NCBI GenBank assembly: GCA_023245935.1
Contig: JAHFJM010000001.1
Span: 6,067 to 70,066 of the forward strand
From: Candidatus Peribacteria bacterium
Lineage (GTDB): Bacteria; Patescibacteriota; Gracilibacteria; Peribacterales; Peribacteraceae
DNA: 64,000 nt
Reading direction: 5' to 3'
Position 1 is the first letter of the stretch. Each line of letters begins with the position of its first letter. Under the pieces are notes generated by a model. That model was not told the origin of the DNA, searched no databases, and was given only the letters and a program-made list of their open reading frames with translations. Made by a program: the position numbers and the translations under genes. Shown in pieces: positions 29,261 to 39,200 of the stretch.

Positions 29261-29386
29261 TGTTTAGGGTTGAAAAAATAAAAGTTGACGGGATTCTAGT
29301 GAAAAAAAATCCTCTGTCAAATAACCCTCACACGAGGGTTGATTCTGCTCCAGAAGATGCGGTAAAAGCCGATACGGCAACTTGGT

Positions 29387-29689
29387 TCAGAGATCGATAC
29401 CCGTGAGGAAGCCGATTGTTTCGGTCACCAATTCCTTCCCAAGCCTCTTCGCCATTTCCAGACGAGTTTCTTCCTGCTGATCATCAACATGACTGGATTT
29501 TTCAACAACTCTGGTCGTATAGCCAGCGGATATCCCCGACATCGGGCTCTCACGCTTCGGCTCTTCCCCCTCCCCAGAGCCTACGGCTGTGAGCACGGGC
29601 GGTTTGCGCGGCGGAACGGAATCTTGTAACTGCGAAGCTGTTTGTAGTTCTGGAACTTCAGAGAATGAGTGAGGTGAACTCATACACAA
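29387..29689 (-). CDS. Small hypothetical protein
   Basis: ~100-aa ORF with a disordered N-terminus. Start uncertain. Confidence 0.5.
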   Translation of the reverse strand: MCMSSPHSFSEVPELQTASQLQDSVPPRKPPVLTAVGSGEGEEPKRESPMSGISAGYTTRVVEKSSHVDDQQEETRLEMAKRLGKELVTETIGFLTGIDL

Positions 29690-29854
29690 ATAATCCTCTC
29701 AGCAGCAAAGACAGGCAAGCTTTTGAAGCCTCCTTCTTCAATTTTCGCTTGCGCAGCAAAAAAGCCGCCGAAGACCGGCTCCGCCGGTCTGGAGGCGCTC
29801 CGTTTCAGGGAGAGCCCGTGAGAGGGACGAAGTCCCTTTCACGATATCAACACT

Positions 29855-29976
29855 CTGTCTTGGCGCCGATCTACTCTTGCATAGCGCATGCCATACTACC
29901 ATCGACGCGCCCGAGCTTCACTGCCGTGTTCGGAATGGGAACGGGTGTTTCCCCGGGGCCATAGGCACCAAGACGG
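29855..29976 (-). rRNA. rrf: 5S rRNA
   Basis: Minus strand carries ACACCCGTTCCCATTCCGAACACGGCAGTGAAGC, with a terminal helix cttggtgcc/ggcgccaag. Confidence 0.95.
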
Positions 29977-30236
29977 AATGTTGGTAAAAGAACGATCACA
30001 ATCACAATACGAGAGCAAATTCGTGGAGAATATCCACGGATTGCCCGCCTTGCCCTGTACCGGAGCCCGAAGGCGACTGGTACGGGGTGTGACGTGTGAA
30101 CAGCACAGAAAATAAATGTATATGTTCAATCTCCCGTTAGTACTACTCGGCTGAATGCATTGCTGCACGTACACCTGTAGCCTATCTACCTCGTAGTCTG
30201 CGAGGGGGATTATGGGGACAATCAATCTTGAGATGA

Positions 30237-30267
<31 letters not shown>

Positions 30268-30326
30268 TCGACCAAACATAGCTACCCTGCACTGCCGCTG
30301 ACGCGACAACAGGTACACCAGAGGTT

Positions 30327-30358
<32 letters not shown>

Positions 30359-30399
30359 GTTCTCGCAATTGTCCAATTGATCACGGAGGATAGAGGCCA

Positions 30400-30444
<45 letters not shown>

Positions 30445-30457
30445 TGGCGAACAGCCA

Positions 30458-30516
<59 letters not shown>

Positions 30517-30802
30517 GATTCGTCGCTATGGGCGCTTGGAATCAATCAGCCTGTTATCCCTAGAGTAACTTTTATCCGTTGAGCGATGTCCCACCCACGT
30601 GGTAAAGAGCACGTTAAATGCTCGGACACCGGATCACTATCACCAGCTTTCGCTCCTGATCGACATGTTCGTCTCACAGTCAGGCTACCTTGTGCGATTA
30701 CACGACGACGCCGATTTCCATCCGGCGCTAGGTAACCATTGCGCGCCTCCGTTACTTTTTAGGAGGCAACCGCCCCAGTTAAACTGCCCAGCAAACAATG
30801 TC

Positions 30803-30995
30803 CCTATGGCTGTAGAAAAACTTGGGATGTAGCTCGTTTCTGAGCAAATGAGAGGTGGGGTAGGTTGGGTATGTGGGGTACGTTTGGTAGGTTTGTGCAA
30901 CTTGTGCACCTACCGTACCTACCGTACCTACCAAACCTACCGTACTTTCAAATCTATCTAAACAACTACACTCTAAATTCTTCTAAAGCCATAGG
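30803..30995 (-). other. ~190-nt intervening sequence/expansion in 23S helix 79 with 9-mer inverted repeats
   Basis: cctatggc...gccatagg closes a long hairpin replacing the short H79. Arms are ggtaggttt-like and tacctaccg repeats. Confidence 0.8.
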
Positions 30996-31305
30996 TGAGT
31001 GACGTTCAAACACGAGGGTGGTATCTCAACGGCCCCTCCACGGAAACCAAAGTCTCCGCTTCAAAGGGTCCCACCTATCCTGCGCACGTAAATAAACGGC
31101 ACAATGCCAGCCTACAGTAAAGCTTCATAGGGTCTTTTCGTCCTACCGTGATTCACCAGGCATTTTTACCTGGTCTGCAATTTCACCGGGCCTTGCGTCG
31201 AGACAGTGCCCCCACCGTGATACCATTCGTGCGGGTCGGAACTTCGTTATTGGTTCCTCTCGGTGGTTAACCGAGAACTCTGTTTGAAAGCAGAGCGCAC
31301 AACCT

Positions 31306-31379
31306 TGAATTATGAAGTATGAATTACGAATTATGGTTTCTTCTTCGTGCATAATTCATAATTCTTGATTCGTAATTCA
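31306..31379. repeat. Heptamer (TGAATTA) inverted-repeat hairpin in the intron P9 region
   Basis: tgaattatgaagtatgaattacgaattatg ... cataattcataattcttgattcgtaattca. Confidence 0.8.
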
Positions 31380-31446
31380 CGTATGTTTTTTAACAGGCAG
31401 ACGAATTTCTGCCACCCAGTATCGCTACTGGGATCGGACTATATCA

Positions 31447-31743
31447 TCACCGTGAACCCGAAGGCATCAGCCTGAGTGGTTCATGGGCGTCGCGTGTAGT
31501 CTCTGAGGGTCTTATCGCACCTACTAAATGCGTGGTTGCTTCTACAAGAGATCGAATTTCTTCATGCAACTCACGCTGTCTTTCCGAACTTACCCCGCTT
31601 TCTAATTCTCTTCTGATCTCTGCCCATCGCTGGGCAATACCAGAAGGAGGAGATCCCATATTCTTGTCGACTTCACGCATTGATGACAATGCGGGGACTT
31701 CAGACTTGGGATGCTCGCCGGAGAAAAATGGAATTCTAATCAT
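31447..31743 (-). CDS. Intron-encoded ORF (98 aa) with no LAGLIDADG/GIY-YIG/HNH motif
   Basis: Starts just after the Q element and runs into the P7/P3/P8 core (…PSETTR…). Confidence 0.55.
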   Translation of the reverse strand: MIRIPFFSGEHPKSEVPALSSMREVDKNMGSPPSGIAQRWAEIRRELESGVSSERQRELHEEIRSLVEATTHLVGAIRPSETTRDAHEPLRLMPSGSR

Positions 31744-32089
31744 AGGTTATGATAATTTCCTGCTGATTGTCCGCAGGAGACAGATTGTTACATGGACAAT
31801 TTTACTTGTCAATGTACTGCTCCATTCTCGGATATTCCAGCATATAGCGACGTTTCTCACTATGAATGGTTTCGACTAGTAGTTACTGTCTCTAAAAAAT
31901 TTCGTCTTGGAACTGATCTTCACAGACAGAGTCTGTGTTAATTGAAAGAGATTTCGCAATCTTTTAAGTCCGCTCTACACCTTACGGCTAGAGCACCCTG
32001 CAATGAATTGCAGGGGACTTCACCAAACATACACTGCTGATTCCTTAGTGCTGCACCTTGCGATGCATGCGGGCAAGTGTCTTGCGACC

Positions 32090-32136
<47 letters not shown>

Positions 32137-34487
32137 GCGTTCGCTAGGGCTTAGATCGGAGGCGTGAACCCCCTCACGTGACCTTCTAGCACTGGCCAGG
32201 CATCAGCCCCTATACATTGCCTTACGGCTTCGCAGGGACCTGTGTTTTTGGTAAACAGTCGCAGGGACTCTTTCGCTGCGGCCCCATGTAAACATGGGGC
32301 AGTCCTTATCCCGAAGTTACGGACGCTATTTTGCAGAGTTCCTTAACGCAAGTTGTCCCGATCACCTTGGTCTACTCGACCATCCCACCAGTGTTGGTTT
32401 ACGGTACGGTCTCATGTGTCTCTCAGAGCGACGGTTTTCTTGGAAGCTGAAACAGTCAGACTCAGCCGCACAAGTGCGGGTTATCGGTTGGCGCTCGACT
32501 CGAACCGGGGATTTGCCTCCGGCTCTCAACGTTTCGCGCTTTCCACGTCCAGTCAATGCAGACGTTCTGGTGTTCCGTCTCCGTCACGCCTCTCTTAGAT
32601 CCGAGTCATCGTTCCAAACTGACATACTCCCTCTTGCGAGGGAACAGAGGCCGGCTCGGCTTTCAAACTCTTCTCTTGGGCGATACACACGAGGTGCAGG
32701 AATATTCACCTGCTGTCCATCGGCTACGCTTTTCAGCCTCACCTTAGGTCCGACTAACCCCACGCCGATCGACGTTGCGTGGGAAACCTTGGGAATTCGG
32801 CGGGCAGGGTTTTCACCTGCCTTGTGGTTACTCATACCAACAGTCTCACTTCTCTCCGCTCCACAGCACCTTACAGTACTGCTTCACTGCTGAAGAGAAC
32901 GCTCCTCTACTGCGCCTCACGTTCGAAAACGTGCGGCACTCGCTGCGTCGGTTATCAGTTTAATCCCGGGAATCTTCGGCGCGCTATCGCAATCGACCAG
33001 TGAGCTGTTACGCTTTCTTTAAAGGATGGCTGCTTCTAAGCAAACCTCCTGGTTGTTTATGCGATGGCACTTCCTTTCATATACTTAACTGATATTGGGG
33101 ACCTTAGCAAACGATCTGGGCTGTTGCCCTCTCGACGATGGCACTTCGCTGTCACCGTCTCACTCCCGTAACAATTAGAAGCAGGTATTCGGAGTTTGTC
33201 AGGATTTGGTAGGCCTAGAAGGCCCCCGCATCGAAACAGTAGCTCTACCCCCTGCTGTGCATTACGAGGCTGTTCCAAAAAACATTTCGAGGAGAACCAG
33301 CTATCTCCGGGTTCGGTAAGCTTTTCACTCCAATCCACAAGTCATCCCAATGTCTTGCGATACATTATGGTTCGGACCTCCAGCTATCTTTCGATAGCCT
33401 TCATCCTGCTCATGGATAGCTCACCCGGTTTCGGGTCTAGTCCCAGCGACAAACGCCATATTTAAGACTCGCTTTCGCTACGGCTTCGGCTGATACTGCC
33501 TTAGCCACGCCGCTGAGAACTAAGTCGTTGGTTCATTAGGCAAAAGGAATGCCGTCACCCCTTGCGGGGCTCCGACTCTTTGTTCGCATCACATTTCAGA
33601 AACTATTTCATCCCCCTTTCGGGGTGCTTTTCACCTTTCCCTCACGGTACTATCCGCTATTGATCTCTGCACCTGTTTAGCCTTGGATGGTGGTCCACCC
33701 GGATTCGGGCCGGATTTCACGTGTCCGACCTTACTCAGGAATCCTCCACCGTGCACTTCTGTTTCGGCTACGGGGCTCTCACCCTGTGTCGCCGACCGTT
33801 CCAGGTCGTTCGCCTACAGTTATGCAATCGGGTTTCGAAGGTCCTACAACCCCCACAAATAAATTTGCGGGTTTGGGCTATTGCCTGTTCGCTCGCCACT
33901 ACTGGGGCAATCTCGTTTGATTTCTTTTCCCCCGTTACTGAGATGTTTCAGTTCACGGAGTATACCTTCCCGCGTGAGCGGGATCATAAACTATTATGTC
34001 TATGGGGTTTCCCCATTCGGAAATCTTCGGCTGGTAGCGCCTGCCTAGCGGCTGACCGAAGCTTATCGCAGCTGGCCACGTCCTTCATCGGAGTACAGAG
34101 TCGAGGCATCCGTGTGATGCGTTGAGTAACATATACATTCGAGACTCTTACTTCCCTCCTTGCGGAGGAAGGCAAAAGTGAAATTGTGCTGTTCACGCAT
34201 CACTGAGCGGGCAATACGTAGATACGTATTGTCGCGCGTCATGCGCAAACAAATTTATTGAATCATGATCATTTTTATACCAACCGATGGTGTCAATGAT
34301 CATGATGGGCAGGGTCACCCGCAGAAACCCTTCGACTCGTTTGGCTGATGCCAAACTCGCTCAGGGTTATTTTCACGCGCGACGCGCTGAAAATAAAAAC
34401 GGGTGGCTCGCGCGCACCCGTAGAATCACAGCTCAGAGAGCGATTGATGCTACGGGTACGAGCGGGAAAGATGCATAGTGCTGAGGC

Positions 34488-34515
34488 ATTGTACTCAGAG
34501 AAAAACCTCGGTCAA
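34488..34515 (-). promoter_or_regulatory. Putative sigma70 promoter of the 23S-5S unit
   Basis: TTGACC-16-TACAAT about 350 nt upstream of the 23S. No 16S or tRNA in between. Confidence 0.6.
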
Positions 34516-34555
34516 GAAGAAAAACAGGAAAAATGAGGAGAGAAGCTTACAGATT

Positions 34556-34858
34556 CTAATCCTTCACCGATGCACCAGCTCTGCAAAGATTAATATCTTC
34601 TCCCGTAGCAAATATATCGGGACGCTGTGCACGGATGCGATTGCCTATTACGTGAGAAAACTCACTCACATGGTGAGCGACTTCTCGAATAGCTACATGT
34701 GACAATTCTTCACGCTTCATTTTTTCGAGACATACATCGGCAAGATTTCTGTTGTGCTGGTCTCGTTCAGACTGAGAACCATCGTATTTAATATGTTGAC
34801 CGACCCAATCAATCGTATCGTGGACGGCATCGGCGTGTGGGGAAGACGAAGGGGGCAT
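34556..34858 (-). CDS. Small hypothetical protein
   Basis: 100-aa ORF with an upstream TGGACA...TAGAAT promoter-like motif. Confidence 0.55.
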   Translation of the reverse strand: MPPSSSPHADAVHDTIDWVGQHIKYDGSQSERDQHNRNLADVCLEKMKREELSHVAIREVAHHVSEFSHVIGNRIRAQRPDIFATGEDINLCRAGASVKD

Positions 34859-34962
34859 GGTTTGGAGGTGAGGAAGTAGAGAATGGAGACGGATTCTAAC
34901 GATCTGAAAACGTTTGTCCAGAAAGAAAACTTCGCTCCAAAATTTGGTGGAGTTTTTCCTTC

Positions 34963-35262
34963 TCAGGCTGCAATTTTTCGCAGTTCATCATGATTGCAGA
35001 GACGCAAAAGAAGAAGCTCCAAACGCTCTTCAACGATCTCGTAGACCAAAAGCAAGTCATGATCGATATGGCATTCGCGCAGAGATTTGAGACGCCCCCT
35101 CAGCGTGTGATCGCGAAAAGAAGCAGGCAATTCCCGGCGCTCCTGTAGAAAGAGCAAAGCCAACCGAAGTTTCGGCAAAAGTTTGGCAGCCTTTCCGCTA
35201 TGGAGAAAACGCCCGAGGTCACGTTCGTACCGAGGTCGCGTGACGATGGTCAGCAGTTGCAT
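34963..35262 (-). CDS. yafQ: Type II toxin, YafQ/RelE family mRNA interferase
   Basis: DHTLRG...RECHIDHDLLLVY...NHDEL. Start at MQLL overlaps the antitoxin end. Confidence 0.88.
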   Translation of the reverse strand: MQLLTIVTRPRYERDLGRFLHSGKAAKLLPKLRLALLFLQERRELPASFRDHTLRGRLKSLRECHIDHDLLLVYEIVEERLELLLLRLCNHDELRKIAA

Positions 35263-35527
35263 AGGCGGAGCGGAAAAGGTTGTCGACATTCTTGTAGCGT
35301 TTGACTTCTTTGCCTGCTCGCGCTGCATGCGAGTCTTGCAGCAGTGCTTCCTCCTCCTCAACGCTGAATCCGTTTTCCGTGAGAATCTGGAGCGGAACGC
35401 CATCGGTGATGCAAATTTGATGAATGAACAAACGCACAACCTGACTGAGATCGAGCCCCAGTTGAGCCAAAATTTTCTGTGCTCGCTTCTTGTGCTTCTC
35501 GTCGAGACGGACATGGAGTGTGGTCAT
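35219..35527 (-). CDS. dinJ: Type II antitoxin, RelB/DinJ family
   Basis: RHH-like LHVRLDEKHK..AQKIL..LGLDLSQVVRLFIHQI...GVP. Confidence 0.88.
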   Translation of the reverse strand: MTTLHVRLDEKHKKRAQKILAQLGLDLSQVVRLFIHQICITDGVPLQILTENGFSVEEEEALLQDSHAARAGKEVKRYKNVDNLFRSAYATADHRHATSVRT

Positions 35528-35533
35528 GGTTCC

Positions 35534-35569
35534 ATGATACTTTTTTGTGTAAACAATGTCAACACAAAA
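35534..35569 (-). promoter_or_regulatory. TA promoter with overlapping inverted-repeat operator (probably leaderless mRNA)
   Basis: TTGACA-17-TATCAT ending 6 nt before the ATG. A ttttgtgt/acacaaaa palindrome overlaps it. Confidence 0.7.
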
Positions 35570-35606
35570 GTTGGAATGCTTTTACGTACGGAATTGCAAG
35601 GAAAAT

Positions 35607-36155
35607 TCAATCATGACGAGTTCTACGCCTATCAGGTCGTGATAGCAGATGAAAAAATGGCAACCTTGTGAAACTGTGAACCCCAACAGAACGTCCTGCT
35701 TCCGTATCAAAATATGAAAGACGCATATAGCCACCTTCCCGACGACCTCTGTCTACCTGCCAACCTGGAGCTGCCGCGATATCTCCTTTCACTTCAATTC
35801 CCCACTCTCGACTTTTCAAATAATCCTGGATTCCTTTTACTAACACCTTTGTTGCTCGTTCTCCTTTAAGTTTCAAAAACTCTGCCTGCGCCAATTCCAA
35901 TTCATTTTTTCCATTTCCTTTGATTGCTTCAAGCGCTTGGAAAATTTTCTCTTGCTTCGGTGTAAGGCGCGAATCTTCTTGAAGAATTTTTCCCTTTCCA
36001 AGCAGAAGTGTACGCAATTCCTCAATCACTTTTTGCTGGGCATCGATAATTCGCTGCTGTTCATCACTTTTTTCCTGAAGCACAAGAACGTGCCCTTCAA
36101 GACTTGCGATCCTCTGCTCAATCGCGCCAGCCGGAGAATTTGATGAACCAGACAT
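35607..36155 (-). CDS. Hypothetical coiled-coil protein (182 aa)
   Basis: Lower-GC ORF with its own TTGACA-17-TATTAT promoter at 36173-36201. Confidence 0.7.
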   Translation of the reverse strand: MSGSSNSPAGAIEQRIASLEGHVLVLQEKSDEQQRIIDAQQKVIEELRTLLLGKGKILQEDSRLTPKQEKIFQALEAIKGNGKNELELAQAEFLKLKGERATKVLVKGIQDYLKSREWGIEVKGDIAAAPGWQVDRGRREGGYMRLSYFDTEAGRSVGVHSFTRLPFFHLLSRPDRRRTRHD

Positions 36156-36202
36156 AAATATACAAGAAATTCATAATAAAACTAAAGTATATTTATGTCA
36201 AC

Positions 36203-36231
36203 AAAAAAACCCCGCTTTCGCAGGGCTCTTT
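36203..36231 (-). terminator. Probable intrinsic terminator after rpoB
   Basis: Short imperfect stem-loop followed by a T-run on the minus strand. Confidence 0.5.
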
Positions 36232-36264
36232 TCTCAGCCCGCGGCCAAGGATGGCCGCACTGAT

Positions 36265-39200
36265 TTATTTCTTCTTGGCCTCAACCTCATCATCGTCGCT
36301 TTCGACCGCTTCTTTCATTTCATCTTTCGCAGTCTCGGCTTCGATATCACCTTCTTCGATCCCCTTCTTGATCTCGTCGGGGTCTTCTTCGTCGAGGTTC
36401 AGGTCGGAGATTTTATCCGTGGAAGGAATGAGTTCTTCCGTCTCCTGCTCTTCATCGAAACGGGTCTTGAGCTTCACCACTTCAGCCTCACCTTCGGCAA
36501 GCTGCACAACCGGAGCTTCTGCAGGGACTTCGTCCGCAAACTTCAGGAGATCGACCTTGAGACCGAGTGCCTGGAGCTCTTTCACGAGAACGTTGAAGGA
36601 TTCCGGAGTGGACGGCTTCTTGATGGTCTCGCCTTTCACGATCGACTCGTACGCCTTGCTGCGACCGACGACGTCATCGGACTTGATCGTGAGCATTTCC
36701 TGCAGCGTATGTGCAGCACCGTACGCTTCGAGTGCCCACACTTCCATTTCTCCGAAACGCTGACCTCCATGCTGCGCCTTGCCTCCGAGAGGCTGCTGCG
36801 TGACGAGGGAGTACGGTCCGACCGAACGAGCGTGGATCTTGTCTTCGACCAAGTGCAGAAGTTTCAGCATGTACACCTGACCGATCGTGGTCTCGTGTGC
36901 GAACGGTTCGCCCGTGCGACCGTCGAAGAGCTGGATCTTGCCGGTATCCGGCAACTTCGCGAGTTTCAGGAATTGGAGAATCTGATCCGTGGAAATACCG
37001 TTCAACGCCGGCGTTGCGATTTTGAAACCGAGCACCTGCGCCGCCCATCCGAGATGCGTCTCGAGGATCTGACCGATGTTCATGCGGGAGCTCACACCGA
37101 GCGGGTTGAGGATGATATCGACGTAGCGACCATCCGCGAGGAAGGGCATGTCCTCTTTGGCAACGATGCGTGCGACCACGCCTTTGTTTCCGTGACGACC
37201 CGCCATCTTGTCACCGACTTGGATCTTTCTGGTCTGTGCCACGAAGACTTTGATCTGCTTGATGACACCGGTCGGCAATTCGTCCCCTTCGGATCGATCG
37301 AAAATATGCACGTCGACGACTTTTCCTCCGGCTCCACCCGGCAAACGCAGCGAACTGTCCTTCACATCTTTCGCTTTGTCACCGAAGATCGCCTGGAGAA
37401 TGCGTTCCTCCGGCGTGAGTTCGGTTTCTCCCTTCGGCGTGATCTTGCCGACGAGGATGTCGCCCTCGTGCACGGTTGCACCGATTCTGACGATACCGTC
37501 GACATCGAGATCTTTCAGCTTTCCCTCACCGACGTTCGGGATGTCGCGTGTAACGGTTTCTGATCCAAGCTTCGTATCACGGACATCCGTGATGTAGGAC
37601 TCGATGTGAATCGAATCGAAGTGACCCTGCTCCACGATGCGATCGGAAATGATGATGGCGTCCTCGAAGTTGTATCCACCCCATGACATGTACGCGACGA
37701 GCAAGTTCTGACCGAGAGCAAGCTCTCCTCCTTCGACGGCGGAACCGTCTGCCAGCACTTCGCCGGCGCGGACTTTCTGTCCCGACTCGATGCGCGGACG
37801 CATGTGGAAACACGTGCCCTGGTTGCTCCTGGCAAAGTTGTCGAGCGGATGGGTGACCTTCCGACCCGAGTGATAGAGAAGAACGATCTCGCGAGCATCG
37901 ACTGTAAGCACTTCACCGTCCTCCTGCGCGAGGAGCACATGACCGGAAGCCCTGGCAGCGACGCTTTCCATACCGGTACCGACGAGCGGAGCATGCGGCT
38001 TGATGAGCGGAACAGCCTGGCGTTGCATGTTCGTACCCATGGACGCGCGGGTGTTATCGTCATGCTCGAGGAATGGGATGAGCGATGTGGAGACCGAGAG
38101 AATCTGCTTCGGAGAAATATCGGAATGCGTGACATCGCGAACGTGCGCGAGCACCGGCTCGCCTTTCTTGCGTGCGTGAACGCGAGTGGCAAGGAGCTCA
38201 TTCAAGCCGTTGATCTTGCTGTTCGCTTCGGCAATCGTCAGGTGACGCTCACGATCCGCATCGATGTAAATTTCTTTCGGAACGATGAATGCGCGCACCG
38301 GAATATCCTTCAGATCCTGAGACTTGAGGAGGGAAATCACTTTGGATGCGAGTTGCTTCGTATCAATGGTATCGCCTTCTTTCGCGAGAACTTTGTGACC
38401 GTCGCGAACGGTGACATCGATCATGCGACCGACGAGGGCATCCGCATCCGGTTTCACGGAGTGCTTCACTTCGTAGTACGGCGTCTCGAGGAATCCGTAC
38501 TCGTTCACTTTCGCATAGGATGCCAAGTGGACAACGAGACCGATGTTCGGGCCTTCCGGAGTGGCAATCGGACAGATGCGACCGTAGTGACTGGGGTGCA
38601 CGTCGCGGACGTCGAAGCTGGCGCGCTCACGGGAGAGTCCGCCCGGACCCATCGCGGAAAGACGGCGCTTGTGCGCGAGTTCCGAGAGCGGGTTCGTCTG
38701 ATCCATGAACTGCGACAGCTGCGAACTCGCGAAGAACTCGCGGAGTGCCGCCGTGATCGGACGACAGTTGATGAGCTGGGTCGGCGTGATTGTCTCGAGA
38801 TCCATCACCGTCATACGGTCTTTCATGATGCGCTCCGTGCGCATGAGACCGACACGGTACTTGTTCTGCACGAGTTCACCGACGGAGCGAACGCGTCTGT
38901 TTGAGAGGTGATCGATATCATCCGGGGTTCCCTCGCCATTGTTCAGACGCACGAGTTCCTTGAGAATTTCGACGAAATCGCTGACCTGGAAGACGCGGTG
39001 TGCTTCGTCGTTGGGCGTCGTGAATCCGAAACGGCGATTCAGTTTATAGCGTGCGATATTCCCCATGTCGTACTTCTTGAAATCGAAGAACAGCGCATCG
39101 ATGAGGGACTTCGCATTCTCCGCCGTCGCGAGATCTCCGGGGCGAATCTTGCGGTAGATGCTCTGGTACGCCTCGTCGACGGTGCGGATGCTGTCTTTCT

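Larger units (their letters stand above)
31245..32089 (-). ncRNA. Group I intron at 23S position L1951 (845 nt)
   Basis: Interrupts CCUUGUCGGGU^AAGUUCCGACC. The 5' exon ends in U and the intron ends in G. IGS ACUUGCCCG (32070-32078), P AUGCUGGAA, Q AAUCAGCAGG, R UCAGAGACUAC, S GAUAUAGUCC, P3 CGUCGC/GCGACG. Confidence 0.93.

Noticed and set aside
30850-30945. Short repeats considered as a CRISPR array
   Set aside because: 9-nt tandem units without unique spacers, and no cas genes.
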